DNA of 64,000 bases from Eledone cirrhosa (Eukaryota), in the NCBI GenBank assembly GCA_964016885.1, contig OZ024758.1:39556001-39620000 (forward strand), read 5' to 3'. The translations under genes were made by a program, and so were the position numbers. Position 1 is the first letter of the stretch, and every line of letters begins with the position of its first letter. The notes beneath the pieces were generated by a model that worked only from the letters and a program-made list of their open reading frames with translations, had not been told where the DNA came from and did not search any database. Below, one piece after another: positions 27,813-43,079 of this stretch.

Positions 27813-30800
27813 ATGACTTAAATGAATTCTCACCAACATTGGAGTTACTTCTGACAGCTAATACCATGAATTAAATGAATTCTCACCAACAGTGGAGTTA
27901 CTTCTGACAGCTAGTACCATGAACTTAAATGAATTCTCACCAACAGTGGAGTTACTTCTGACAGCTAATACCATGAACTTAAATGAATTCTCACCAACAG
28001 TGGAGTTACTTCTGACAGCTAGTACCATGAACTTAAATGAATTCTCACCAACTTTGGAGTTACTTCTGACAACTAATACCATGACTTAAATGAATTCTCA
28101 CCAACAGTGGAGTTACTTCTGACAAACTAATACCATGAACTTAAATGAATTCACACCAACATTGGAGTTACTTCTGACAGCTAGTACCATGAACTTAAAT
28201 GAATTCTCACCAACAGTGGAGTTACTTCTGACAGCTAATACCATGAACTTAAATGAATTCTCACCAACAGTAGAGTTCCTTCTGACAGCTCATACCATGA
28301 ACTTAAATGAATTCTCACCAACATTGGAGTTACTTCTGACAGCTAATACCATGACTTAAATGAATTCTCACCAACAGTGGAGTTACTTCTGACAACTAAT
28401 ACCATGAACTTAAATGAATTCTCACCAACAGTGGAGTTACTTCTGACAAACTAATACCATGAACTTAAATGAATTCTCACCAACAGTGGAGTTACTTCTG
28501 ACAGCTAGTACCATGAACTTAAATGAATTCTCACCAACAGTGGAGTTACTTCTGACAGCTAGTACCATGACTTAAATGAATTCTCACCAACAATGGAGTT
28601 ACTTCTGACAGCTAATACCATGACTTAAATGAATTCTCACCAACAGTGGAGTTACTTCTGACAGCTAATACCATGAACTTAAATGAATTCTCACCAACAG
28701 TGGAGTTACTTCTGACAGCTAGTACCATGAACTTAAATGAATTCTTACCAACATTGGAGTTACTTCTGACAACTAATACCATGACTTAAATGAATTCTCA
28801 CCAACAGTGGAGTTACTTCTGACAACTAATACCATGAACTTAAATGAATTCTCACCAACAGTGGAGTTACTTCTGACAACTAGTACCATGAACTTAAATG
28901 AATTCTCACCAACAGTGGAGTTACTTCTGACAGCTAATACCATGAACTTAAATGAATTCTCACCAACAGTGGAGTTCCTTCTGACAGCTAATACCATGAA
29001 CTTAAATGAATTCTCACCAACATTGGAGTTACTTCTGACAGCTAGTACCATGAACTTAAATGAATTTTCACCAACAGTGGGGTTACTTCTGACAGCTAGT
29101 ACCATGAACTTAAATGAATTCTCACCAACAGTGGAGTTACTTCTGACAGCTAGTACCATGAACTTAAATGAATTCTCACCAACATTGGAGTTACTTCTGA
29201 CAACTAATACCATGATTTAAATTAATTCTCACCAACAGTGGAGTTACTTCTGACAGCTAATACCATGAACTTAACTGAATTCTCACCAACAGTGGAGTTA
29301 CTTCTGACAGCTAGTACCATGAACTTAAATGAATTCTCACCAACAGTGGAGTTACTTCTGACAGCTAATACCATGAACTTAAATGAATTCTCACCAACAG
29401 TGGTGTTCCTTCTGACAGCTAATAGCATGAACTTAACTGAATTCTCACCAACAGTGGAGTTACTTCTGACAGCTAGTACCATGAACTTAAATGAATTCTC
29501 ACCAACAGTGGAGTTACTTCTGACAGCTAGTACCATGAACTTAAATGAATTCTCACCAACAGTGGAGTTACTTCTGACAGCTAATACCATGAACTTAAAT
29601 GAATTCTCACCAACAGTGGAGTTCCTTCTGACAGCTAATAGCATGAACTTAACTGAATTCTCACCAACAGTGGAGTTACTTCTGACAGCTAGTACCATGA
29701 ACTTAACTGAATTCTCACCAACAGTGGAGTTACTTCTGACAGCTAGTACCATGAACTTAAATGAATTCTCACCAACAGTGGAGTTACTTCTGACAGCTAA
29801 TACCATGAACTGAAATGAATTCTAACCAACAGTGGAGTTCCTTCTGACAGCTAATACCATGAACTTAAATGAATTCTCACCAACATTGGAGTTACTTCTG
29901 ACAGCTAGTACCATGACTTAAATGAATTCTCACCAACATTGGAGTTACTTCTGACAGCTAATACCATGACTTAAATGAATTCTCACCAACAGTGGAGTTA
30001 CTTCTGACAGCTAGTACCATGAACTTAAATGAATTCTCACCAACAGTGGAGTTACTTCTGACAGCTAATACCATGAACTTAAATGAATTCTCACCAACAG
30101 TGGAGTTACTTCTGACAGCTAGTACCATGAACTTAAATGAATTCTCACCAACAGTGGAGTTACTTCTGACAGCTAGTACCATGAACTTAAATGAATTCTC
30201 ACCAACAGTGGAGTTACTTCTGACAGCTAGTACCATGAACTTAAATGAATTCTCACCAACAGTGGAGTTACTTCTGACAGCTAGTACCATGACTTAAATG
30301 AATTCTCACCAACAATGGAGTTACTTCTGATAGCTAATACCATGACTTAAATGAATTCTCACCAACAGTGGAGTTACTTCTGACAGCTAGTACCATGAAC
30401 TTAAATGAATTCTCACCAACATTGGAGTTACTTCTGACAACTAATACCATGATTTAAATTAATTCTCACCAACAGTGGAGTTACTTCTGACAACTAATAC
30501 CATGAACTTAACTGAATTCTCACCAACAGTGGAGTTACTTCTGACAGCTAGTACCATGAACTTAAATGAATTCTCACCAACAGTGGAGTTCCTTCTGACA
30601 GCTAGTACCATGAACTTCAATGAATTCTCACCAACAGTGGAGTTACTTCTGACAGCTAATACCATGAACTTAAATGTATTCTCACCAACAGTGGAGTTCC
30701 TTCTGACAGCTAATACCATGAACTTAACTGATTCTCACCAACAGTGGAGTTACTTCTGACAGCTAGTACCATGAACTTAAATGAATTCTCACCAACAGTG

Positions 30801-33070
30801 GAGTTACTTCTGACAGCTAATACCATGAACTTAAATGAATTCTCACCAACATTGGAGTTACTTCTGACAGCTAGTACCATGACTTAAATGAATTCTCACC
30901 AACATTGGAGTTACTTCTGACAGCTAATACCATGAATTAAATGAATTCTCACCAACAGTGGAGTTACTTCTGACAGCTAGTACCATGAACTTAAATGAAT
31001 TCTCACCAACAGTGGAGTTACTTCTGACAGCTAATACCATGAACTTAAATGAATTCTCACCAACAGTGGAGTTACTTCTGACAGCTAGTACCATGAACTT
31101 AAATGAATTCTCACCAACTTTGGAGTTACTTCTGACAACTAATACCATGACTTAAATGAATTCTCACCAACAGTGGAGTTACTTCTGACAAACTAATACC
31201 ATGAACTTAAATGAATTCACACCAACATTGGAGTTACTTCTGACAGCTAGTACCATGAACTTAAATGAATTCTCACCAACAGTGGAGTTACTTCTGACAG
31301 CTAATACCATGAACTTAAATGAATTCTCACCAACAGTAGAGTTCCTTCTGACAGCTCATACCATGAACTTAAATGAATTCTCACCAACATTGGAGTTACT
31401 TCTGACAGCTAATACCATGACTTAAATGAATTCTCACCAACAGTGGAGTTACTTCTGACAACTAATACCATGAACTTAAATGAATTCTCACCAACAGTGG
31501 AGTTACTTCTGACAAACTAATACCATGAACTTAAATGAATTCTCACCAACAGTGGAGTTACTTCTGACAGCTAGTACCATGAACTTAAATGAATTCTCAC
31601 CAACAGTGGAGTTACTTCTGACAGCTAGTACCATGACTTAAATGAATTCTCACCAACAATGGAGTTACTTCTGACAGCTAATACCATGACTTAAATGAAT
31701 TCTCACCAACAGTGGAGTTACTTCTGACAGCTAATACCATGAACTTAAATGAATTCTCACCAACAGTGGAGTTACTTCTGACAGCTAGTACCATGAACTT
31801 AAATGAATTCTTACCAACATTGGAGTTACTTCTGACAACTAATACCATGACTTAAATGAATTCTCACCAACAGTGGAGTTACTTCTGACAACTAATACCA
31901 TGAACTTAAATGAATTCTCACCAACAGTGGAGTTACTTCTGACAACTAGTACCATGAACTTAAATGAATTCTCACCAACAGTGGAGTTACTTCTGACAGC
32001 TAATACCATGAACTTAAATGAATTCTCACCAACAGTGGAGTTCCTTCTGACAGCTAATACCATGAACTTAAATGAATTCTCACCAACATTGGAGTTACTT
32101 CTGACAGCTAGTACCATGAACTTAAATGAATTTTCACCAACAGTGGGGTTACTTCTGACAGCTAGTACCATGAACTTAAATGAATTCTCACCAACAGTGG
32201 AGTTACTTCTGACAGCTAGTACCATGAACTTAAATGAATTCTCACCAACATTGGAGTTACTTCTGACAACTAATACCATGATTTAAATGAATTCTCACCA
32301 ACAGTGGAGTTACTTCTGACAGCTAATACCATGAACTTAAATGAATTCTCACCAACAGTGGTGTTCCTTCTGACAGCTAATAGCATGAACTTAACTGAAT
32401 TCTCACCAACAGTGGAGTTACTTCTGACAGCTAGTACCATGAACTTAAATGAATTCTCACCAACAGTGGAGTTACTTCTGACAGCTAGTACCATGAACTT
32501 AAATGAATTCTCACCAACAGTGGAGTTACTTCTGACAGCTAATACCATGAACTTAAATGAATTCTCACCAACAGTGGAGTTCCTTCTGACAGCTAATAGC
32601 ATGAACTTAACTGAATTCTCACCAACAGTGGAGTTACTTCTGACAGCTAGTACCATGAACTTAACTGAATTCTCACCAACAGTGGAGTTACTTCTGACAG
32701 CTAGTACCATGAACTTAAATGAATTCTCACCAACAGTGGAGTTACTTCTGACAGCTAATACCATGAACTGAAATGAATTCTAACCAACAGTGGAGTTCCT
32801 TCTGACAGCTAATACCATGAACTTAAATGAATTCTCACCAACATTGGAGTTACTTCTGACAGCTAGTACCATGACTTAAATGAATTCTCACCAACATTGG
32901 AGTTACTTCTGACAGCTAATACCATGACTTAAATGAATTCTCACCAACAGTGGAGTTACTTCTGACAGCTAGTACCATGAACTTAAATGAATTCTCACCA
33001 ACAGTGGAGTTACTTCTGACAGCTAATACCATGAACTTAAATGAATTCTCACCAACAGTGGAGTTACTTC
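27000..33070. repeat. Tandem duplication, 3066-bp unit (57 monomers); second copy lacks two monomers (108 bp) near 32285
   Basis: ORF pairs 27393/30459, 27858/30924, 28135/31201 and 28773/31839 are offset by 3066. After ~32285 the offset drops to 2958 (29958/32916). Shared rare variants include TTCACACC, TTCTTACC, TTTTCACC and ACTGAAAT. Confidence 0.92.
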
Positions 33071-36000
33071 TGACAGCTAGTACCATGAACTTAAATGAAT
33101 TCTCACCAACATTGGAGTTACTTCTGACAGCTAATACCATGACTTAAATGAATTCTCACCAACAGTGGAGTTACTTCTGACAAACTAATACCATGAACTT
33201 AAATGAATTCTCACCAGCAGTGGAGTTACTTCTGACAGCTAGTACCATGAACTTAAATGAATTCTCACCAACAGTGGAGTTACTTCTGACAGCTAATACC
33301 ATGAACTTAAATGAATTCTCACCAACAGTGGAGTTACTTCTGACAGCTAATACCATGAACTTAAATGAATTCTCACCAACATTGGAGTTACTTCTGACAG
33401 CTAGTACCATGAACTTAAATGAATTCTCACCAACAGTGGAGTTACTTCTGACAGCTAATACCATGAACTTAAATGAATTCTCACCAACAGTAGAGTTCCT
33501 TCTGACAGCTAATACCATGAACTTAAATGAATTCTCACCAACATTGGAGTTACTTCTGACAGCTAATACCATGACTTAAATGAATTCTCACCAACAGTGG
33601 AGTTACTTCTGACAGCTAATACCATGAACTTAAATGAATTCTCACCAACAGTGGAGTTACTTCTGACAGCTAATACCATGAACTTAAATGAATTCTCACC
33701 AACAGTGGAGTTACTTCTGACAGCTAGTACCATGAACTTAAATGAATTCTCACCAACATTGGAGTTACTTCTGACAACTAATACCATGACTTAAATGAAT
33801 TCTCACCAACAGTGGAGTTACTTCTGACAACTAATACCATGAACTTAAATGAATTCTCACCAACAGTGGAGTTACTTCTGACAACTAGTACCATGAACTT
33901 AAATGAATTCTCACCAACAGTGGAGTTACTTCTGACAGCTAATACCATGAACTTAAATGAATTCTCACCAACAGTGGAGTTCCTTCTGACAGCTAATACC
34001 ATGAACTTAAATGAATTCTCACCAACATTGGAGTTACTTCTGACAGCTAGTACCATGAACTTAAATGAATTCTCACCAACAGTGGGGTTACTTCTGACAG
34101 CTAGTACCATGAACTTAAATGAATTCTCACCAACAGTGGAGTTACTTCTGACAGCTAGTACCATGAACTTAAATGAATTCTCACCAACAGTGGAGTTACT
34201 TCTGACAGCTAGTACCATGAACTTAAATGAATTCTCAGAAACAGTGGAGTTACTTCTGACAGCTAGTACCATGAACTTAAATGAATTGTCACCAACATTG
34301 GAGTTACTTCTGACAACTAATACCACGATTTAAATTAATTCTCACCAACATTGGAGTTACTTCTGACAGCTAATACCATGACTTAAATGAATTCTCACCA
34401 ACAGTGGAGTTACTTCTGACAGCTAATACCATGAACTTAAATGAATTCTCACCAACAGTGGAGTTACTTCTGACAGCTAATACCATGAACTTAAATGAAT
34501 TCTCACCAACAGTGGAGTTACTTCTGACAGCTAGTACCATGAACTTAAATGAATTCTCACCAACATTGGAGTTACTTCTGACAACTAATACCATGACTTA
34601 AATGAATTCTCACCAACAGTGGAGTTACTTCTGACAAACTAATACCATGAACTTAAATGAATTCTCACCAACATTGGAGTTACTTCTGACAGCTAGTACC
34701 ATGAACTTAAATGAATTCTCACCAACAGTGGAGTTACTTCTGACAGCTAATACCATGAACTTAAATGAATTCTCACCAACAGTAGAGTTCCTTCTGACAG
34801 CTCATACCATGAACTTAAATGAATTCTCACCAACATTGGAGTTACTTCTGACAGCTAATACCATGACTTAAATGAATTCTCACCAACAGTGGAGTTACTT
34901 CTGACAACTAATACCATGAACTTAAATGAATTCTCACCAACATTGGAGTTACTTCTGACAACTAATACCATGACTTAAATGAATTCTCACCAACAGTGGA
35001 GTTACTTCTGACAAACTAATACCATGAACTTAAATGAATTCTCACCAACATTGGAGTTACTTCTGACAGCTAGTACCATGAACTTAAATGAATTCTCACC
35101 AACAGTGGAGTTACTTCTGACAGCTAATACCATGAACTTAAATGAATTCTCACCAACAGTAGAGTTCCTTCTGACAGCTCATACCATGAACTTAAATGAA
35201 TTCTCACCAACATTGGAGTTACTTCTGACAGCTAATACCATGACTTAAATGAATTCTCACCAACAGTGGAGTTACTTCTGACAACTAATACCATGAACTT
35301 AAATGAATTCTCACCAACAGTGGAGTTACTTCTGACAAACTAATACCATGAACTTAAATGAATTCTCACCAACAGTGGAGTTACTTCTGACAGCTAGTAC
35401 CATGAACTTAAATGAATTCTCACCAACAGTGGAGTTACTTCTGACAGCTAGTACCATGACTTAAATGAATTCTCACCAACAATGGAGTTACTTCTGACAG
35501 CTAATACCATGACTTAAATGAATTCTCACCAACAGTGGAGTTACTTCTGACAGCTAATACCATGAACTTAAATGAATTCTCACCAACAGTGGAGTTACTT
35601 CTGACAGCTAGTACCATGAACTTAAATGAATTCTTACCAACATTGGAGTTACTTCTGACAACTAATACCATGACTTAAATGAATTCTCACCAACAGTGGA
35701 GTTACTTCTGACAACTAATACCATGAACTTAAATGAATTCTCACCAACAGTGGAGTTACTTCTGACAACTAGTACCATGAACTTAAATGAATTCTCACCA
35801 ACAGTGGAGTTACTTCTGACAGCTAATACCATGAACTTAAATGAATTCTCACCAACAGTGGAGTTCCTTCTGACAGCTAATACCATGAACTTAAATGAAT
35901 TCTCACCAACATTGGAGTTACTTCTGACAGCTAGTACCATGAACTTAAATGAATTTTCACCAACAGTGGGGTTACTTCTGACAGCTAGTACCATGAACTT

Positions 36001-38571
36001 AAATGAATTCTCACCAACAGTGGAGTTACTTCTGACAGCTAGTACCATGAACTTAAATGAATTCTCACCAACATTGGAGTTACTTCTGACAACTAATACC
36101 ATGATTTAAATTAATTCTCACCAACAGTGGAGTTACTTCTGACAGCTAATACCATGAACTTAACTGAATTCTCACCAACAGTGGAGTTACTTCTGACAGC
36201 TAGTACCATGAACTTAAATGAATTCTCACCAACAGTGGAGTTACTTCTGACAGCTAATACCATGAACTTAAATGAATTCTCACCAACAGTGGTGTTCCTT
36301 CTGACAGCTAATAGCATGAACTTAACTGAATTCTCACCAACAGTGGAGTTACTTCTGACAGCTAGTACCATGAACTTAAATGAATTCTCACCAACAGTGG
36401 AGTTACTTCTGACAGCTAGTACCATGAACTTAAATGAATTCTCACCAACAGTGGAGTTACTTCTGACAGCTAATACCATGAACTTAAATGAATTCTCACC
36501 AACAGTGGAGTTCCTTCTGACAGCTAATAGCATGAACTTAACTGAATTCTCACCAACAGTGGAGTTACTTCTGACAGCTAGTACCATGAACTTAACTGAA
36601 TTCTCACCAACAGTGGAGTTACTTCTGACAGCTAGTACCATGAACTTAAATGAATTCTCACCAACAGTGGAGTTACTTCTGACAGCTAATACCATGAACT
36701 GAAATGAATTCTAACCAACAGTGGAGTTCCTTCTGACAGCTAATACCATGAACTTAAATGAATTCTCACCAACATTGGAGTTACTTCTGACAGCTAGTAC
36801 CATGACTTAAATGAATTCTCACCAACATTGGAGTTACTTCTGACAGCTAATACCATGACTTAAATGAATTCTCACCAACAGTAGAGTTACTTCTGACAGC
36901 TAGTACCATGAACTTAAATGAATTCTCACCAACAGTGGAGTTACTTCTGACAGCTAATACCATGAACTTAAATGAATTCTCACCAACAGTGGAGTTACTT
37001 CTGACAGCTAGTACCATGAACTTAAATGAATTCTCACCAACATTGGAGTTACTTCTGACAGCTAATACCATGACTTAAATGAATTCTCACCAACAGTGGA
37101 GTTACTTCTGACAAACTAATACCATGAACTTAAATGAATTCTCACCAGCAGTGGAGTTACTTCTGACAGCTAGTACCATGAACTTAAATGAATTCTCACC
37201 AACAGTGGAGTTACTTCTGACAGCTAATACCATGAACTTAAATGAATTCTCACCAACAGTGGAGTTACTTCTGACAGCTAATACCATGAACTTAAATGAA
37301 TTCTCACCAACATTGGAGTTACTTCTGACAGCTAGTACCATGAACTTAAATGAATTCTCACCAACAGTGGAGTTACTTCTGACAGCTAATACCATGAACT
37401 TAAATGAATTCTCACCAACAGTAGAGTTCCTTCTGACAGCTAATACCATGAACTTAAATGAATTCTCACCAACATTGGAGTTACTTCTGACAGCTAATAC
37501 CATGACTTAAATGAATTCTCACCAACAGTGGAGTTACTTCTGACAGCTAATACCATGAACTTAAATGAATTCTCACCAACAGTGGAGTTACTTCTGACAG
37601 CTAATACCATGAACTTAAATGAATTCTCACCAACAGTGGAGTTACTTCTGACAGCTAGTACCATGAACTTAAATGAATTCTCACCAACATTGGAGTTACT
37701 TCTGACAACTAATACCATGACTTAAATGAATTCTCACCAACAGTGGAGTTACTTCTGACAACTAATACCATGAACTTAAATGAATTCTCACCAACAGTGG
37801 AGTTACTTCTGACAACTAGTACCATGAACTTAAATGAATTCTCACCAACAGTGGAGTTACTTCTGACAGCTAATACCATGAACTTAAATGAATTCTCACC
37901 AACAGTGGAGTTCCTTCTGACAGCTAATACCATGAACTTAAATGAATTCTCACCAACATTGGAGTTACTTCTGACAGCTAGTACCATGAACTTAAATGAA
38001 TTCTCACCAACAGTGGGGTTACTTCTGACAGCTAGTACCATGAACTTAAATGAATTCTCACCAACAGTGGAGTTACTTCTGACAGCTAGTACCATGAACT
38101 TAAATGAATTCTCACCAACAGTGGAGTTACTTCTGACAGCTAGTACCATGAACTTAAATGAATTCTCAGAAACAGTGGAGTTACTTCTGACAGCTAGTAC
38201 CATGAACTTAAATGAATTGTCACCAACATTGGAGTTACTTCTGACAACTAATACCACGATTTAAATTAATTCTCACCAACATTGGAGTTACTTCTGACAG
38301 CTAATACCATGACTTAAATGAATTCTCACCGACAGTGGAGTTACTTCTGACAGCTAATACCATGAACTTAAATGAATTCTCACCAACAGTGGAGTTACTT
38401 CTGACAGCTAATACCATGAACTTAAATGAATTCTCACCAACAGTGGAGTTACTTCTGACAGCTAGTACCATGAACTTAAATGAATTCTCACCAACATTGG
38501 AGTTACTTCTGACAACTAATACCATGACTTAAATGAATTCTCACCAACAGTGGAGTTACTTCTGACAAACT
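31150..38571. repeat. Tandem duplication, 3931-bp period (73 monomers)
   Basis: ORF pairs 32916/36847, 33171/37102, 33778/37709 and 34370/38301 are offset by 3931. The upstream part is offset by 3823 (31839/35662) because of the 108-bp indel. GAATTGTC plus ACCACGATT markers are shared. Confidence 0.9.
34540..35320. repeat. Local tandem duplication, 377-bp unit (7 monomers)
   Basis: GTAGAG/GCTCAT monomer at ~34800 and ~35177. ORF pair 34647/35024 is offset by 377. Confidence 0.88.
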
Positions 38572-41500
38572 AAAACCATGAACTTAAATGAATTCTCACC
38601 AACAGTGGAGTTACTTCTGACTGCTAGTACCATGAACTTAAATGAATTCTCACCAACAGTGGAGTTACTTCTGACAGCTAGTACCATGACTTAAATGAAT
38701 TCTCACCAACAATGGAGTTACTTCTGACAGCTAATACCATGACTTAAATGAATTCTCACCAACAGTGGAGTTACTTCTGACAGCTAATACCATGAACTTA
38801 AATGAATCCTCACCAACAGTGGAGTTACTTCTGACAGCTAATACCATGAACTTAAATGAATTCTCACCAACATTGGAGTGACTTCTGACAGCTAATACCA
38901 TGAACTTAAATGAATTCTCACCAACATTGGGGTTACTTCTGACAGCTAGTACCATGAACTTAAATGAATTCTCACCAAAAGTGGAGTGACTTCTGACAGC
39001 TAATACCATGAACTTAAATGAATTCTCACCAACATTGGAGTGACTTCTGACAGCTAATACCATGAACTTAAATGAATTCTCACCAACATTGGGGTTACTT
39101 CTGACAGCTAGTACCATGAACTTAAATGAATTCTCACCAACAGTGGAGTTACTTCTGACAGCTAATACCATGAACTTAAATGAATTCTCACCAACAGTGG
39201 AGTTACTTCTGACAGCTAGTACCATGAACTTAAATGAATTCTCACCAACAGTGGAGTTACTTCTGACAGCTAATACCATGAACTTAAATGAATTCTCACC
39301 AACATTGGAGTTACTTCTTACAGCTAGTACCATGAACTTAAATGAATTCTCACCAACAGTGGAGTTACTTCTGACAGCTAATACCATGAACTTAAATGAA
39401 TTCTCACCAAAAGTGGAGTTCCTTCTGACAGCTAATACCATGAACTTAAATGAATTCTCACCAACATTGGAGTTACTTCTGACAGCTAGTACCATGACTT
39501 AAATGAATTCTCACCAACATTGGAGTTACTTCTGACAGCTAATACCATGAATTAAATGAATTCTCACCAACAGTGGAGTTACTTCTGACAGCTAGTACCA
39601 TGAACTTAAATGAATTCTCACCAACAGTGGAGTTACTTCTGACAGCTAATACCATGAACTTAAATGAATTCTCACCAACAGTGGAGTTACTTCTGACAGC
39701 TAGTACCATGAACTTAAATGAATTCTCACCAACTTTGGAGTTACTTCTGACAACTAATACCATGACTTAAATGAATTCTCACCAACAGTGGAGTTACTTC
39801 TGACAAACTAATACCATGAACTTAAATGAATTCTCACCAACATTGGAGTTACTTCTGACAGCTAGTACCATGAACTTAAATGAATTCTCACCAACAGTGG
39901 AGTTACTTCTGACAGCTAATACCATGAACTTAAATGAATTCTCACCAACAGTAGAGTTCCTTCTGACAGCTCATACCATGAACTTAAATGAATTCTCACC
40001 AACATTGGAGTTACTTCTGACAGCTAATACCATGACTTAAATGAATTCTCACCAACAGTGGAGTTACTTCTGACAACAAATACCATGAACTTAAATGAAT
40101 TCTCACCAACAGTGGAGTTACTTCTGACAAACTAATACCATGAACTTAAATGAATTCTCACCAACAGTGGAGTTACTTCTGACAGCTAGTACCATGAACT
40201 TAAATGAATTCTCACCAACAGTGGAGTTACTTCTGACAGCTAGTACCATGACTTAAATGAATTATCACCAACAATGGAGTTACTTCTGACAGCTAATACC
40301 ATGACTTAAATGAATTCTCACCAACAGTGGAGTTACTTCTGACAGCTAATACCATGAACTTAAATGAATTCTCACCAACAGTGGAGTTACTTCTGACAGC
40401 TAGTACCATGAACTTAAATGAATTCTTACCAACATTGGAGTTACTTCTGACAACTAATACCATGACTTAAATGAATTCTCACCAACAGTGGAGTTACTTC
40501 TGACAACTAATACCATGAACTTAAATGAATTCTCACCAACAGTGGAGTTACTTCTGACAACTAGTACCATGAACTTAAATGAATTCTCACCAACAGTGGA
40601 GTTACTTCTGACAGCTAATACCATGAACTTAAATGAATTCTCACCAACAGTGGAGTTCCTTCTGACAGCTAATACCATGAACTTAAATGAATTCTCACCA
40701 ACATTGGAGTTACTTCTGACAGCTAGTACCATGAACTTAAATGAATTCTCACCAACAGTGGGGTTACTTCTGACAGCTAGTACCATGAACTTAAATGAAT
40801 TCTCACCAACAGTGGAGTTACTTCTGACAGCTAGTACCATGAACTTAAATGAATTCTCACCAACATTGGAGTTACTTCTGACAACTAATACCATGATTTA
40901 AATTAATTCTCACCAACAGTGGAGTTACTTCTGACAACTAATACCATGAACTTAACTGAATTCTCACCAACAGTGGAGTTACTTCTGACAGCTAGTACCA
41001 TGAACTTAAATGAATTCTCACCAACAGTGGAGTTACTTCTGACAGCTAATACCATGAACTTAAATGAATTCTCACCAACAGTGGTGTTCCTTCTGACAGC
41101 TAATAGCATGAACTTAACTGAATTCTCACCAACAGTGGAGTTACTTCTGACAGCTAGTACCATGAACTTAAATGAATTCTCACCAACAGTGGAGTTACTT
41201 CTGACAGCTAGTACCATGAACTTAAATGAATTCTCACCAACAGTGGAGTTACTTCTGACAGCTAATACCATGAACTTAAATGAATTCTCACCAACAGTGG
41301 AGTTCCTTCTGACAGCTAATAGCATGAACTTAACTGAATTCTCACCAACAGTGGAGTTACTTCTGACAGCTAGTACCATGAACTTAACTGAATTCTCACC
41401 AACAGTGGAGTTACTTCTGACAGCTAGTACCATGAACTTAAATGAATTCTCACCAACAGTGGAGTTACTTCTGACAGCTAATACCATGAACTGAAATGAA

Positions 41501-43018
41501 TTCTAACCAACAGTGGAGTTCCTTCTGACAGCTAATACCATGAACTTAAATGAATTCTCACCAACATTGGAGTTACTTCTGACAGCTAGTACCATGACTT
41601 AAATGAATTCTCACCAACATTGGAGTTACTTCTGACAGCTAATACCATGACTTAAATGAATTCTCACCAACAGTGGAGTTACTTCTGACAGCTAGTACCA
41701 TGAACTTAAATGAATTCTCACCAACAGTGGAGTTACTTCTGACAGCTAATACCATGAACTTAAATGAATTCTCACCAACATTGGAGTTACTTCTGACAGC
41801 TAATACCATGACTTAAATGAATTCTCACCAACAGTGGAGTTACTTCTGACAAACTAATACCATGAACTTAAATGAATTCTCACCAGCAGTGGAGTTACTT
41901 CTGACAGCTAGTACCATGAACTTAAATGAATTCTCACCAACAGTGGAGTTACTTCTGACAGCTAATACCATGAACTTAAATGAATTCTCACCAACAGTGG
42001 AGTTACTTCTGACAGCTAATACCATGAACTTAAATGAATTCTCACCAACATTGGAGTTACTTCTGACAGCTAGTACCATGAACTTAAATGAATTCTCACC
42101 AACAGTGGAGTTACTTCTGACAGCTAATACCATGAACTTAAATGAATTCTCACCAACAGTAGAGTTCCTTCTGACAGCTAATACCATGAACTTAAATGAA
42201 TTCTCACCAACATTGGAGTTACTTCTGACAGCTAATACCATGACTTAAATGAATTCTCACCAACAGTGGAGTTACTTCTGACAGCTAATACCATGAACTT
42301 AAATGAATTCTCACCAACAGTGGAGTTACTTCTGACAGCTAATACCATGAACTTAAATGAATTCTCACCAACAGTGGAGTTACTTCTGACAGCTAGTACC
42401 ATGAACTTAAATGAATTCTCACCAACATTGGAGTTACTTCTGACAACTAATACCATGACTTAAATGAATTCTCACCAACAGTGGAGTTACTTCTGACAAC
42501 TAATACCATGAACTTAAATGAATTCTCACCAACAGTGGAGTTACTTCTGACAACTAGTACCATGAACTTAAATGAATTCTCACCAACAGTGGAGTTACTT
42601 CTGACAGCTAATACCATGAACTTAAATGAATTCTCACCAACAGTGGAGTTCCTTCTGACAGCTAATACCATGAACTTAAATGAATTCTCACCAACATTGG
42701 AGTTACTTCTGACAGCTAGTACCATGAACTTAAATGAATTCTCACCAACAGTGGGGTTACTTCTGACAGCTAGTACCATGAACTTAAATGAATTCTCACC
42801 AACAGTGGAGTTACTTCTGACAGCTAGTACCATGAACTTAAATGAATTCTCACCAACAGTGGAGTTACTTCTGACAGCTAGTACCATGAACTTAAATGAA
42901 TTCTCAGAAACAGTGGAGTTACTTCTGACAGCTAGTACCATGAACTTAAATGAATTGTCACCAACATTGGAGTTACTTCTGACAACTAATACCACGATTT
43001 AAATTAATTCTCACCAAC
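34940..43018. repeat. Duplicated block (~34940-38280 vs ~39735-43018), offset 4792 then 4738 bp
   Basis: ORF pairs 35024/39816, 35662/40454 and 36111/40903 are offset by 4792. Pairs 37102/41840 and 37709/42447 are offset by 4738, i.e. one monomer lost near 41.75 kb. Confidence 0.88.
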
Positions 43019-43079
43019 AGTGGAGTTACTTCTGACAACTAATACCATGAACTTAACTGAATTCTCACCAACAGTGGAG

